In this document: positions 34,886-45,790 of the stretch, piece after piece
Numbering within the stretch: position 1 is the first letter of the stretch
Layout: each line of letters opens with the position of its first letter
DNA from: Cetorhinus maximus
Lineage: Eukaryota
Direction: 5' to 3'
DNA: 64,000 nucleotides
NCBI RefSeq assembly: GCF_964194155.1
Contig: NC_135886.1
Span: 2,604,001-2,668,000 of the forward strand
The notes under the pieces: generated by a model
Told to the model about the DNA's origin: nothing
The model's database searches: none
What the model saw: the letters and a program-made list of their open reading frames with translations, nothing else
Made by a program: the position numbers and the translations under genes

Positions 34886-36994
34886 CACCGTCTTCTAATC
34901 GTAGTGAAGTTTACTCTTTAGTGATTCAAGACAGTTGCTGCTTCCCTTCTCAAGAAGTCAGCACAATTTATTAGCAATATCTGGTATACAATCTTACAGC
35001 ATAGTTGGCCTTTCACAAGTATTGTGCCTGTAATGGGCAACTAATGAATTGAAACAACAGCAATTTTTTTTAGTTTATGATGTTGACAATCACCAATAGA
35101 AACCAGGAGTGGACCCACCTCATGCTACCATCAGGTAGTGGCAAATTAAGTCTCTCGCTCTCCCTCTCTTTTTCTGCACTATATGCCTTGTGCAGCTGAC
35201 AGGACAGCCTGTGGAGTTACCAGCTGCAAAAGCATCTTTAATCTTATGCCAGGTTCTTGAGAATCACCCAAAAATCAGCAACTGATGAGTGGAGAAAATT
35301 AGTTTGAACAATATGCGAAATATTGCTATTTTAGTGTCAGTTCATGAATGTAAAGAGTGACAATGTCAGTGGATTCTCCTTATTTTGCTTCTTGAATACT
35401 ACATGTTGACATATTTAAAACCTGATTTATTTCACTTTAATCTGGCAATTTCTTTAAATTATTGCCAATTGTCACATTTTTTTCCATTTTATTGTCCTAA
35501 GACACAAAGATCTGTCAACAGAGGGGAATTTTTAAGAGTAAGAAAGACTGAACATGTGGAAGTGTTTACTTTTACAAGTAATGTACATCAAAGTGGATCA
35601 TATTTTTCGGATGAGATTTGCATTGTACACGTTTATTTTCCTATTACACCTGCTGGGTGAAGTATGTTTTGAAGCTCTTTCTAAATGCCATAAAGTCTTT
35701 ACAGCTGTTAACAGTAGTACTGTAGTCACTACAGAAAACAGCTTTATTGTTGAGTAGAGTTTATGACCACTCTCACTCAAAAATCTGCTCTCCCGGTGGC
35801 TTAATTGGTAAATGCGCAGCCTATCGGTTGAGTTTACAGACTTGGAAAAAATCAATTGCTAAATCAAGTTGCAACTGCTGATCTGAGTTGCGTGGCAGTA
35901 GTGATCAAAGGCTGGCGTCAGTACCTGGACCTCATTATATTGTCCAGGGTTCCTGTTCTATATTGCTATCCTGTTGGAAAATCCAATTATGGGGACGTTT
36001 GACAAGGGCAGGGTTAGGCTTGACTTTGTGGTAAAAGAAGCAGAGGTAAATTGGGATTTTTAAAATGTTTCCTCGATGTGGAATGCCTTACCTTAATGGA
36101 TGCTGGAAGCAGACTTAATAATAACTTTCAACAGGGAATTGGATGTATTCTTGGAAAGGAAAACATTTGCTGGGTTGTGGGGAAAGAGCAAGGGAGTGAG
36201 ACTGGATTCTTCCAAAGAGCTGGCAAAGGCACAATGGGCTGAATGGCCTCGTTCTGTTCTGTAATGTTTTACCTACCTTTCTATAAAGTAGCCTGCTAAA
36301 ATTCACTCAAGGCTATCTCATGAGGATGGGCCTCTTGGGCAAGGCACTATGATGGGGACTGACAATTTTGACAACTGTTCAGTATGATAGAACTTTCCAG
36401 AAAGTGGAGAAAATTGGGGGGGGGGGGGGGGGGGGGGGAAGGTGGGGGGTGGGTGGGGTGGGGGGGGTGGAATTGGTGGAGTGGAATGGGAGGGGTTTTG
36501 TTTGAGATGTGTATCTAACAAAGCAAGGGACAAGCAAACTATCCAAAACACATTTGCTAGGAATGGCAGATATTTTTTTAGCAACGTTTTTAACGCATAT
36601 CGCTCCTGTTCCAAAAAATAAACTTTGTTAAATGAGCTTGCAATGTAACTGAACAATTATATCTATATAGGATATATGTAAAATTCTGCATTCATTAAAT
36701 TCCAGTCATTACACTGTGGTCACATATTTAAAACACCTTTAATATAAGAAAGCCGAATGTTTTATAATTGCCTCTTCTAACCTGCAGTCAAAAAAGCTGC
36801 AAAAATTTAGATACCTTGCAGTTGATATCAGGAAATAACACATTTACCTATGTAGACCACTTGCTCATAGGAAATATTCAAGCAGTGATCTTAAAAGGGA
36901 CAGGCCGGGTGAGCAGCTATCATGACTGTACTCCAGACTTAAGATACTTTGGTGTCTGTTGCATGACTGAAGTGCTGCTCAAAGGGTGTCTGTC

Positions 36995-37377
36995 TGGTTA
37001 AGTGGTGGCGTTCTGAGTCACATGGTTCTGGGTTTAAGTTTCACTCTTAGAGGTTTGAGCACGCTATTCCCCCTGACATTTAAGTGCAGAGCTTCATTTT
37101 GAGATATAAGATTCTCTTTTGGGATGAGATGTTAATTTAAACTGACACCCTGTTTGCGATGTGACTGATTCCACACACATATGGGAGTTCTTCTGATCAA
37201 CATTTATCCCTCAGCCTACATCATCGCCAAAACAGAGGAACTGCTTGTTTATCTCATTGCTGTCTTTCAGACCTGTTTGTGCACAGTTGGCTCCTGCCTT
37301 CGACTATGCAGCAATGATCTAAGGGTAATTAATTGGCTGTGAAACTTTTTAGAACATCCCCAGGGTGTAAGATGTAC
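36995..37377 (+). mobile_element. tRNA-derived SINE, tail interrupted by a MITE
   Basis: Head ..tctgagtcacatggttctgggtttaagtttcactc.., SINE body, tail resumes at about 37686. Confidence 0.6.
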
Positions 37378-37379
37378 TA

Positions 37380-37683
37380 CACTGTAACCTCCCCAATACC
37401 AAATGTTTGGGACCAAGTCATTTCTGGATTTTGGAATTTCCTGTGTTGTAGAATCCAGAACGCCTAACCACAAGTATGTAAGCTGGAAACCACTGTTTTA
37501 TGTTTCAGGTAAACAGCAATAAAAATTGATTCAATTGTCCAAATACTGTATTTTCCACGTATCCGCTCTCAAAGTATGTAATAAAGTGATGCCGTGACTT
37601 GCTTGGGTCTGCACAAAAAGCTTCTGGACAACTGGTGTTTTCTAACGATAGATTTCTAACGATAGATAGGAGAGGTTACAGTG
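37380..37683. mobile_element. MITE with 12-bp TIRs and TA duplication (Tc1/mariner-pogo type)
   Basis: TA-CACTGTAACCTC (37378-37391) and GAGGTTACAGTG-TA (37672-37685) are perfect inverted repeats. Confidence 0.75.
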
Positions 37684-38254
37684 TATTATAAAAATGAATG
37701 TCTTTTTTTCTGAAGCGAGAAACTCAACACAAGCTCATTTAAACAGGTGACATTTTTCATGTTTTCTGTAGAGCTGTGTTTATTGCCCAGTGTAAAAAAA
37801 CTGATTGTTTCCCCCTATCTCTTCAAAACGTAAAAAGGAGGTGCAGCAAGACAGAGGGGTTGGAATGTGTACCGGACACAGGAGATAATATCCAATTTTA
37901 CAAGCTTCCTTTTGTGTTATGGTTTTGAATTTTTATTAGTTACGCCCATCTTAATAAGGGGCCGTGTTTCGTTTGATGTCACTGGGGCAAATCCAATGTC
38001 TCCTTATGATTTTATTACAAAAGGGCATTTTGCTGTGTGTTAAGGCGCTAACCATATTCGGACATGTCCCTGGAGGCTTTGTCACCTCCAACTACCCAAC
38101 CCAGTCAAACAACATTTTTTCCCCATCTCCTTTGGCAAATGAACCAGAGGCGACATAAGGGGAAAAAATCATGCAGAGAGTTCTTATGATCTGGAATGCA
38201 ATGCTTGAAAGGGTGGTAGAAGCAGATTGGACAAATACTTGAAGAGGAAAATTG

Positions 38255-38690
38255 TGTGGAAAAGAAAGAAAGACTTGCATTTGTATCGTGCTTTTCATGA
38301 TCACCGGATGTCTCAAAGCATTTACAGGCATTGAAATATTGTACATTTTGAAATGTAGTCTCTGTTGCAATGACAACAAAATCCCACAAACAGCAATATG
38401 ATAATGACCAGATAACCAGTTTTTGCGATGTTGATTGAGATATAAGTATTGGCCAGGACACCAGGGATAACTCCTGTGCTCTTCTTTGGCCACAGGATCT
38501 TTTACACCTGCCCAAGGAGGGCCTCAGTTTAACATCTTATCTGAAAGATGGCACCTCTGACAGCGCAGCTCTTCCTCAATACTGCACTGAAATGTCATCT
38601 TTGATATTTGTGCTCAAGTCCTGGATTGGGATCTGAACCCACAAACCTGTGACTCAGACAAGAGTGCTACCAACTGAGACACAGCTGACT
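38255..38690 (-). mobile_element. tRNA-derived SINE, near full length
   Basis: The reverse strand starts gctgtgtctcagttggtagcactc (A box) .. ggttcagatcc (B box), with a (TTTC)n tail at about 38260. Confidence 0.8.
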
Positions 38691-39174
38691 TTCTACACAA
38701 TAGTCATCCTAAACATGCTAAAAATAGACTGACAAGCAAAGAGCGGGAGCAGTTGGGGTGAGGGTATTAATTAATTGAATATTGCTTTTAACAAGCCAGC
38801 ACAGGCAGGATGGAATGAATGGCCTCCTTCTGAATTGTATCATTCTATGAACTCCAATATTTTTTAACTAATAAAGAAGTGTTCAAAGAAAAAAGCGGGG
38901 GGAGGGGGGAATCATACGATTTGAAGATGCTTTTTTTTTCTCTTCATTTGCTTGCAGCTGGTGTCTAGGAAATGATAAATCATTTACTTTCTGGAGAATC
39001 CTCAGACAATTTTGGATGGTTAAAAGGAAAACTAACATTTCACAATGTCAGGACTTTACTGAGTGCTTTGCAGACAGTGAGGTACTTTTGCATTGTTGTC
39101 ACTATTGTTATGTAGGAAAATGTGGTAGCCCTTTTGTACACAGCAAACTCCCACAAACAGCAATGTGATAATGA

Positions 39175-39560
39175 AAGGCTTTAAGTTTTAAACTATGCCT
39201 CCCTCTCAGTGCTAGACTCATCAACCAGTGGGACTCCCAATCTATCTTATCAGTTCCCCTTAATATTTTGAAATATTTGATTTAAGCTACGTTTTAAGCA
39301 ATGCCCCCACCCCAATTGGAACTAGACTCCTTAACCAATGGAACTCCCAATCTACCTTAATCAGTTCCCTTTAATATCTTGAAAATTTTGATCAAATCAC
39401 CACTTATCCTGAAAGGCTCTACGTTTTAGAATATGCCCTTCTCCACCTTGGTCCTAGACACCCAACCAGGGTAACTCGCAATCCACCCTATCAGATCCCC
39501 ATGCTATCTAGAAAACCGTGATCCAAATCACCCTGTATATTTTAGACTATGCTCCCCCCT
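39175..39560 (-). repeat. Tandem triplication of a ~110-125 bp CR1-derived segment
   Basis: Unit ..ctagactc..aaccagtgggactcccaatcta.c.tatcagttccc.ttaatat.ttgaaa.. recurs at about 39178, 39285 and 39415. Confidence 0.7.
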
Positions 39561-40424
39561 ACCCCCCACAACCAATTGCCCCATCTATAAGGCTGGCATA
39601 GCACAAACCTACTCTGAGTGTGTGTGTTTCTCTAAAAGGAAAACCAAAAGGGAAAAAAAAATTCTTGCATTTATATAGCACCTTTAATGACCACGGACGT
39701 CTCAACACATTTTACAGCCAATGAAACATTTTTGAAGTGTCGTCACTGTTGTAGGAAATGTGGGAATTCAATACGGTATGCACACAGCAAGCTCCCACAA
39801 AACAGCAACGGGATAATGACCAGATAATCTGTTTTTGTGATGTCGATTGTGGGATAAATATTGGCCAAGACACCTGCGCTTCTTCAAAATAGTGCCACGG
39901 GTTATTTTACATCCAGCCAAGCAGGCCGACAGGTTGACACACAAGATCACATAGAATTAGGAGCAGGAGTAGGCCATTTGGCCCCTTGAGCCTGCTCCGC
40001 CATTCGACAAGAGAGTGGTTACAACACAGGAGACTATTTGGCCTGTCTGTCGTGACTTTTTTCTGCGCCCTCTCTAATGCCTTCACACCCTTACTAAAGT
40101 GTGATGCCCAGAACTGGACTCAATGCTCCAGTTGAGGCTGAACGAATGTTTTAAACAGATAACTTCCTTGCTAAACCCCACTTCAACCTGACCACCCATG
40201 CCCATTGTGAAGGGAGAAGAGCATATGGTAAGATCATGGCTGATCTGATTGTGGCCTCAACTCCACTTTCCTGTCTGCCAGCTCCCTCCACCCCGTCTCA
40301 CTGTAACCCTCAACTCCCTTGTCAATTAAAAGGAAGTCTCATGCAGGAAACAGTACCCCCGACAGCGCAGAGCACCCGCAGCACTGCACCAGAGTGTCAA
40401 GCCTGGATTTCTTTTTAGGGCGGG

Positions 40425-41010
40425 TGCTCAAAGTCCGGCAGGAGCGTTGGACTTGAACAGGGTGCATGGTGAACGTGGCATGGACTGAGTGGGTGGGGGT
40501 CAAGCCCCAGGGAAAGGGGCTTGAATGTGGTGCGTAGCACGGAGCGAGTAAGAGGGGTGAGGGGGAGTCAAGCCCTGGGGGGTGGGTCTTGAATGTGGAA
40601 CGTGGCACAGAGTGAATGAGTGAGGTGGGAGAGGGGGGGGTCAAGTCCTGGGGAAAGGGGCTTAAATGTGGGGCGTGGCAGGGAGTGAGTGGGTGGGAGG
40701 GGGCAGGTGGGGGTGAAGGGAGTCAAGCCCCAGGGAAAGGGATTTGAACACGGTGTGTGGCACAGAGTGAGTGAGTGAGGGGGGGCGGGTGGGGGGGACG
40801 GTCCAACTGGGAAAAGGGGCTTGACTGTGGCGAGTGTGGCACAGAGTGAGCAGGGGTGAGGGGGGTCAAGCCCATGGGGGTAGGATTTGAACACGGTGCC
40901 TGACACAGAGTGAGTGAGTGAGTGAGTGAAGGGGGGGGGGCCGAGTGGGGGTGGGGGGGTCAAGCCCCAGGGAAAGGGACTCGAACACGGTGTGTGGCAC
41001 GGAGTGAGCG
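40425..41010. repeat. G-rich minisatellite (~65-95 bp unit, 7 copies) derived from a SINE head
   Basis: Unit gtcaagccccagggaaaggggcttgaa..gtggcacagagtgagtg at about 40499, 40567, 40640, 40722, 40801, 40865 and 40959. Confidence 0.8.
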
Positions 41011-41117
41011 TGGGTGGAAGGTGGGGTGGGGAGGGGGTGGTGGGCGAGAGATGGGCCAAAGCCACATGGGGCAGAGACAATGTGAGTGAGTGTGTTGGGG
41101 GGAGGGGAGATGGTGGC

Positions 41118-41540
41118 AGCCACGCCCCGCCCCCACCCATAGCCTGGCGACCCCCCCCCCCCCCCCACACGAGCCTGGCGGCCACGCCCCCCCTCGAGCC
41201 TGGCGGCCACGCTCCTCCCCCCCGAGCCTGGCGGCCCCGCCCCTCCCCCCCCCCCCAAGCCTGGCGGCCCCTCCCCCTCCCCCTCCCCCCGAGCCTGGCG
41301 GCCCCGCCCCATGCCCCTCCCCCCCCGAGCCTGGCGGCCACGCTCCTCCCCTCCCCCCGAGCCTGGCGGCCCAGCCCCCTCCCCTCCCCCCTCCCCCACC
41401 CCACGAGCCTGGCGGCCCCGCCCCCTCCCTCTGCCCCTCCCCCCCAAGCCTGGCGGCCACGCTCCTCCCCCCCTCCCCCCACCACGAGCCTGGCGGCCAC
41501 GCCCCCACACCCCCACCACGGCCCGGCGGCCCCGCCCCCC
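41118..41540. repeat. C-rich minisatellite, ~12 units of AGCCTGGCGGCC + GC-box + poly-C
   Basis: Core AGCCTGGCG seen 11 times between 41141 and 41500, plus one degenerate copy. Confidence 0.88.
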
Positions 41541-41549
41541 CTGACCCCT

Positions 41550-41789
41550 GACCCCGCGGCGTCACAGCAGCAATGGCGCCACCCAGTGACTTCCTGTCCA
41601 AGCGCTCTATTGTTCTTTATGAGGATTTTCAAATCTTATTTTGGAGGTTAAAAAAAAACGCGCCGATGGTGCCGGCTCTGCCCAGGCGGCGCTTCCTCTC
41701 GCTTTTCCCACTTGTTATTCCGTCTGGGGGAAGGAAGATGTCGGGGGAGGAGGTCGACGACGGCCGCCGGCGGCGTTTTCGCGGTGAGT
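41550..41789 (+). promoter_or_regulatory. CpG-island promoter and probable first exon (ends 41783); USP49 by synteny only
   Basis: YY1-like AATGGCG (~41572), ETS-like ACTTCCTG (~41589), CpG-dense stretch, strong donor GCG|GTGAGT at 41783/41784. The mammalian order is BYSL-MED20-USP49, but no USP49 coding sequence is visible here. Confidence 0.55.
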
Positions 41790-42277
41790 TGTGTGTTTTT
41801 TTTTTGTGGGTTAAAAAAAAAACAAAACAAAAAAAAAAATCTGCGGAAAAAAAAATGAAACCTCACGCAAAAAAAAAATAAAATCCCCCCCTTCCCCCTC
41901 ACAGAGAGAGAGAGAGAGAAATAATAAATAAAATATGAATATTGTTTCGGGGAGAAGGTGGCGCAGGCCGCGAGTCAATGTGTTGGACTCGAGGTCTCCA
42001 CAACAACAATAACAACACATTAAATCCCCCCCCCCCCCTCTCTCCTCCTCCTGCTCCCCCCTCTCCCCCTCTCCCTCTCTCTGCCTCTAATTATTTATTC
42101 ATCATTATTTTTATTTTCAATGATCAAATGGAAGAAAGGAGGGAGAAAGAACCAAAAAAAAAATCACCCCGGCATTCGCCAGCCCCTCTGTACTTTTTCT
42201 CTCTCTCTCTCTCTTCCTCTTCTTTCAGTCACACAACCAAAAAAAAATTGCCTGAACTTTTATTTTAAGGGGGCAAA

Positions 42278-42600
42278 TTCCCCCCTCCCACCCCCCCTCC
42301 CACCCCCTCACCCCCTCTCCCCCCCTCCCACCCCCTCTCCCCCCCTCCCACCCCCTCTCCCCCCCTCCCACCCCCTCTCCCCCCCTCCCACCCCCTCTCC
42401 CCCCCTCCCACCCCCTCTCCCCCCCTCCCACCCCCTCTCCCCCCCTCACTCCCCCTCTCCCCCCTCACTCCCTCTCCCCCTCTCCCACCCCCCACTCCCT
42501 CTCCCCCTCTCCCACCCCCCACTCCCTCTCCCCCTCTCCCACCCCCTCTCCCACCCCCACCCCCTCACTCCCTCCCCCACCCCCTCACTCCCTCCCTCCT
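42278..42600. repeat. Polypyrimidine satellite (CCCCCTCTCC/CCCCCTCCCA)n
   Basis: Directly visible. Confidence 0.9.
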
Positions 42601-45399
42601 CCGCCCGCCTTAACAGCATTTGTGTGACTGACTGATCCAAACCTTTATCTTCATAACAAGTGTTTGGAACATCCCAGCACGTTGGGAAATCCTTTTTCTC
42701 TCTCCTCCTCTCCTGGGATTTTCTTTCTTTCTTTCTCTCCACAAGTCCTTTCAAAGATTCTTGCCCCATATACATGTCATTTTTTTTTAGCTCCTTTCCC
42801 TTTCTCTCTCTCTCTCTCTTATCAGTCCAAGGGTGTGATTTATCTTTTATTTCTCTCTCTCTCTCTCGTGGTTGCCACATGATTAAATTTTTTGAACAGT
42901 TTGATGACATGTCGGTGATTATGATGCCAGGGGGGAACGTCATTAATCCTCTTGGTATAAATAAACAGGCATATATTTCTGGACTTTAACTCTGCCCAGT
43001 AGAAAATCCTGATTTTTATGCTGCATCCGAGCCCCTTCTGTCTGTCATGAATGTAAGCAGAAGCGCCTCTCTGTCTCTGTCTCTCTCTCTCTCTCTCTCG
43101 GGGTGTTGCTGGGCCGCATCCCAGTTTAGGTGGATTAGATAAAAAGTCTTGGCTCTCTGGAGTAAGAGTCACTGTAACTCCTCCGCCGTGTGTTTCGTGG
43201 TTAGTTCTTTTTTTTTTGGGGGGGTGGGGGGGTGGTGGTGGTTTGTTGTTGCTGCCGTTGCCATAAAGCGCGGATTAGAAGGCGAATTTGTGTTTTTTAA
43301 ATGCAGCCTTTTTAAGTGATTCTTATCTGTGTCAAGTCGAACACATCAGATCAGAATGGGCAGTTCAGAAAGGATTTTTATTTTTGGAAACGTGTGTGTG
43401 TATTGGTAGAAATATCGCGTCATTGGCAGACTTAACAGTGTACAAAAGAGTATTCGATGTGTAAAGTCGTGGATTATATCCCCCACAGTATCTCCACTAC
43501 ATTGTCTCTGAGCGATGGAGGATGCGATTGTGCCATCCCTGTGAAACTTTTATCTGTTATGGTTGACAGCTGTGGATTTTTGTGTCCTGGAAGGGTAGAC
43601 CTGGGAGATTTTTGAGTATTTTTGGAGAGGAGGGGCGTGTGATCCCTTCTGATGAAAGCAGGCGCTTACAATCTCGGATTTGGAGGTCAGTTTGCAATTT
43701 CAGGTTTGGAGGTCAGCTATGGCGTAATTAGACCACATATATTGTTATAGTAAACGGCATTATTCTGCAATTTGCCAGATTATCTTCGTAGTGTTTATAA
43801 ACAGCTGGTGCATTCTATCAAAAGTGCAAATTCTGCAAATAGCCTTGAAGTAATTCTGATATGTAGGTGCAAAGTGTAAAAAAACTGCACAGATTGCAGA
43901 TCACCATGTCATGAATTGTGTCATGTTGTGGAATTTCTAAATGCTGGTATCCATAGGCAAATTTACCTTTCATGATGAGAGTGTATTTGAGTGTTCATTT
44001 CAAAGTATAAAAAAGTTTCACCTGATTGAAATGCATTGCAAGATATCACAGTATAGAATCATAGAAAAGTTTATGGCACAGAAAGAGGCCACTTGGCCCA
44101 TCATGTCTGTGCCAGCCAAAAACTAAGCCACCCAGCCAAATCCCACTTGCCAGTATTTGGTCCGTAGCACTGCAGGTTACGGCACTTGAGGTGCATATCC
44201 AAACACCTTTTAAATGAGTTGAGGGGTTTTGCCTCTACTACCTTGTAGGCAGAGAGTTCCAGATTCTCCCACACTCAAGAGTGAAAAACATTTTTCCTAA
44301 TCTCGCCCCCATCCTTCTACCAATCACTTTAAATCTATACCCCTAGTCCCTGACCTCTCTGCTAAAGTAAATAGGCCCTTCCCTCACAATTTTGTACATC
44401 TCAATCAAACCTCCATTCTTCATATCTCCTCTAATTTCTGTATTCCTTTTACTCAATCTAACGAAAATCTCTTAGTTCCCACTATCTTCAGCCCTTTTTG
44501 TACATATAAAGATACTGTTGTTATAAAGTTGCTACTGTTGCTTGAGAAGATTAGGTATTCTATAATTTTCTATGCAAGTGATTCTTTTTAAAAAATTACA
44601 AAAACACTGTTCTCATCTTGAATTGATTTTCTTTGGCTGCACCAGTTATTGTATGAGGACATTACATATGTTCCAGTAAACTCTTGTTAGGATTCTGTGT
44701 TAAATACACATTTCAATAAGTGCCTTAGTTCAGTGAGCAACTGATCCCAGGTTTGATCAGTGGTAAGTTGGCTGAACATAGTGGGAGGAACACAGCAATT
44801 AGTCTCCGTACTGGTGTTAGGTAGGGAAAAATCACCCAAGGCTCCTGATCACTCCAGTGAATCCTTTTGGGCTTTTAACTTGAAATCTGAATATCTTAAT
44901 CCTGAACTTTTTTAATTAAATTTTGTTCTAAATCATGCTTTGCTTTTGAAATGTTTAAGTTGCGCATGATCAGGTATTATCACCAAGGTGCCAGTCAAGT
45001 CTAAAGGAAAGCAGCTCATTTTTGGCACACGACTTAACATTAACAGTGAAATTTGAAAGTGCTTGAATGCAGATGTAGGGTGTGGGCAGAATTGAGTTCA
45101 GCTGTGATTGTCTTACCTTTTCTCCACCTCGCCTCTTTGCCACTCCACCACTTGAGCAGTTTACAAATGCTTAATATCGATGTTCATGTGTAAAGAATGG
45201 AGCACTTTGTGGATGAGGTTCTGGAACATCCTGGTGCCTGTCGAACCTTAGGCCAGCAGGAAGCCAATTGCTCTAACAGGAGAGCAGTAAAAGGAGAAAA
45301 TTTAGCTGACAAAGGTGAAAGAAACCTTTCAAAGATCGTTGGCAGTCTCCTGCCAGGTCTGTGCCTGTGGCCAGTTTCAGGCTGACAGGGTATGTGTGA

Positions 45400-45790
45400 A
45401 AGCTTGGCAAAGTTGGTAACACTCTCCCCTCTAAGTCAGAAGTTTGTGATTCTAGTCCACTCTGACCTGAATGCATAATTTAAGTTGACATCTCAGTGCA
45501 ATACAATACCGCTATAATGGCAGAGGCACTGTCCTTCAGATGAGATGCTAAACTGAGATCTCATCTGTTCTAGTGTTTCAGGTGGATGTTAAAGATCCAA
45601 TGCCACTCATCAAAGAAGAGAATTCTTCCAGTGATCTGGCCAATATTCATCCCTCAACTAGTGACACTAAAAACCGATTAACTGATCATTTATATCCTTG
45701 CTGTGAAAAGTGGCTGACGTGTTTGCCTACATTAGTCTGTGCACTTCAAGGTAATTAATTCATTGTATGTGAAGTACTTTAGACAATTAA
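45400..45790 (+). mobile_element. tRNA-derived SINE
   Basis: Head agttggtaacactctc..agtcagaagtttgtgattctagtccac and the shared SINE body. Confidence 0.65.

Noticed and set aside
40425-41540. CRISPR-like repeat-spacer arrays
   Set aside because: Vertebrate context, low-complexity non-unique spacers, degenerate repeats and no cas genes.
40568-42635. Long Gly/Pro-rich ORFs on both strands
   Set aside because: Artefacts of stop-free GC-rich tandem repeats.
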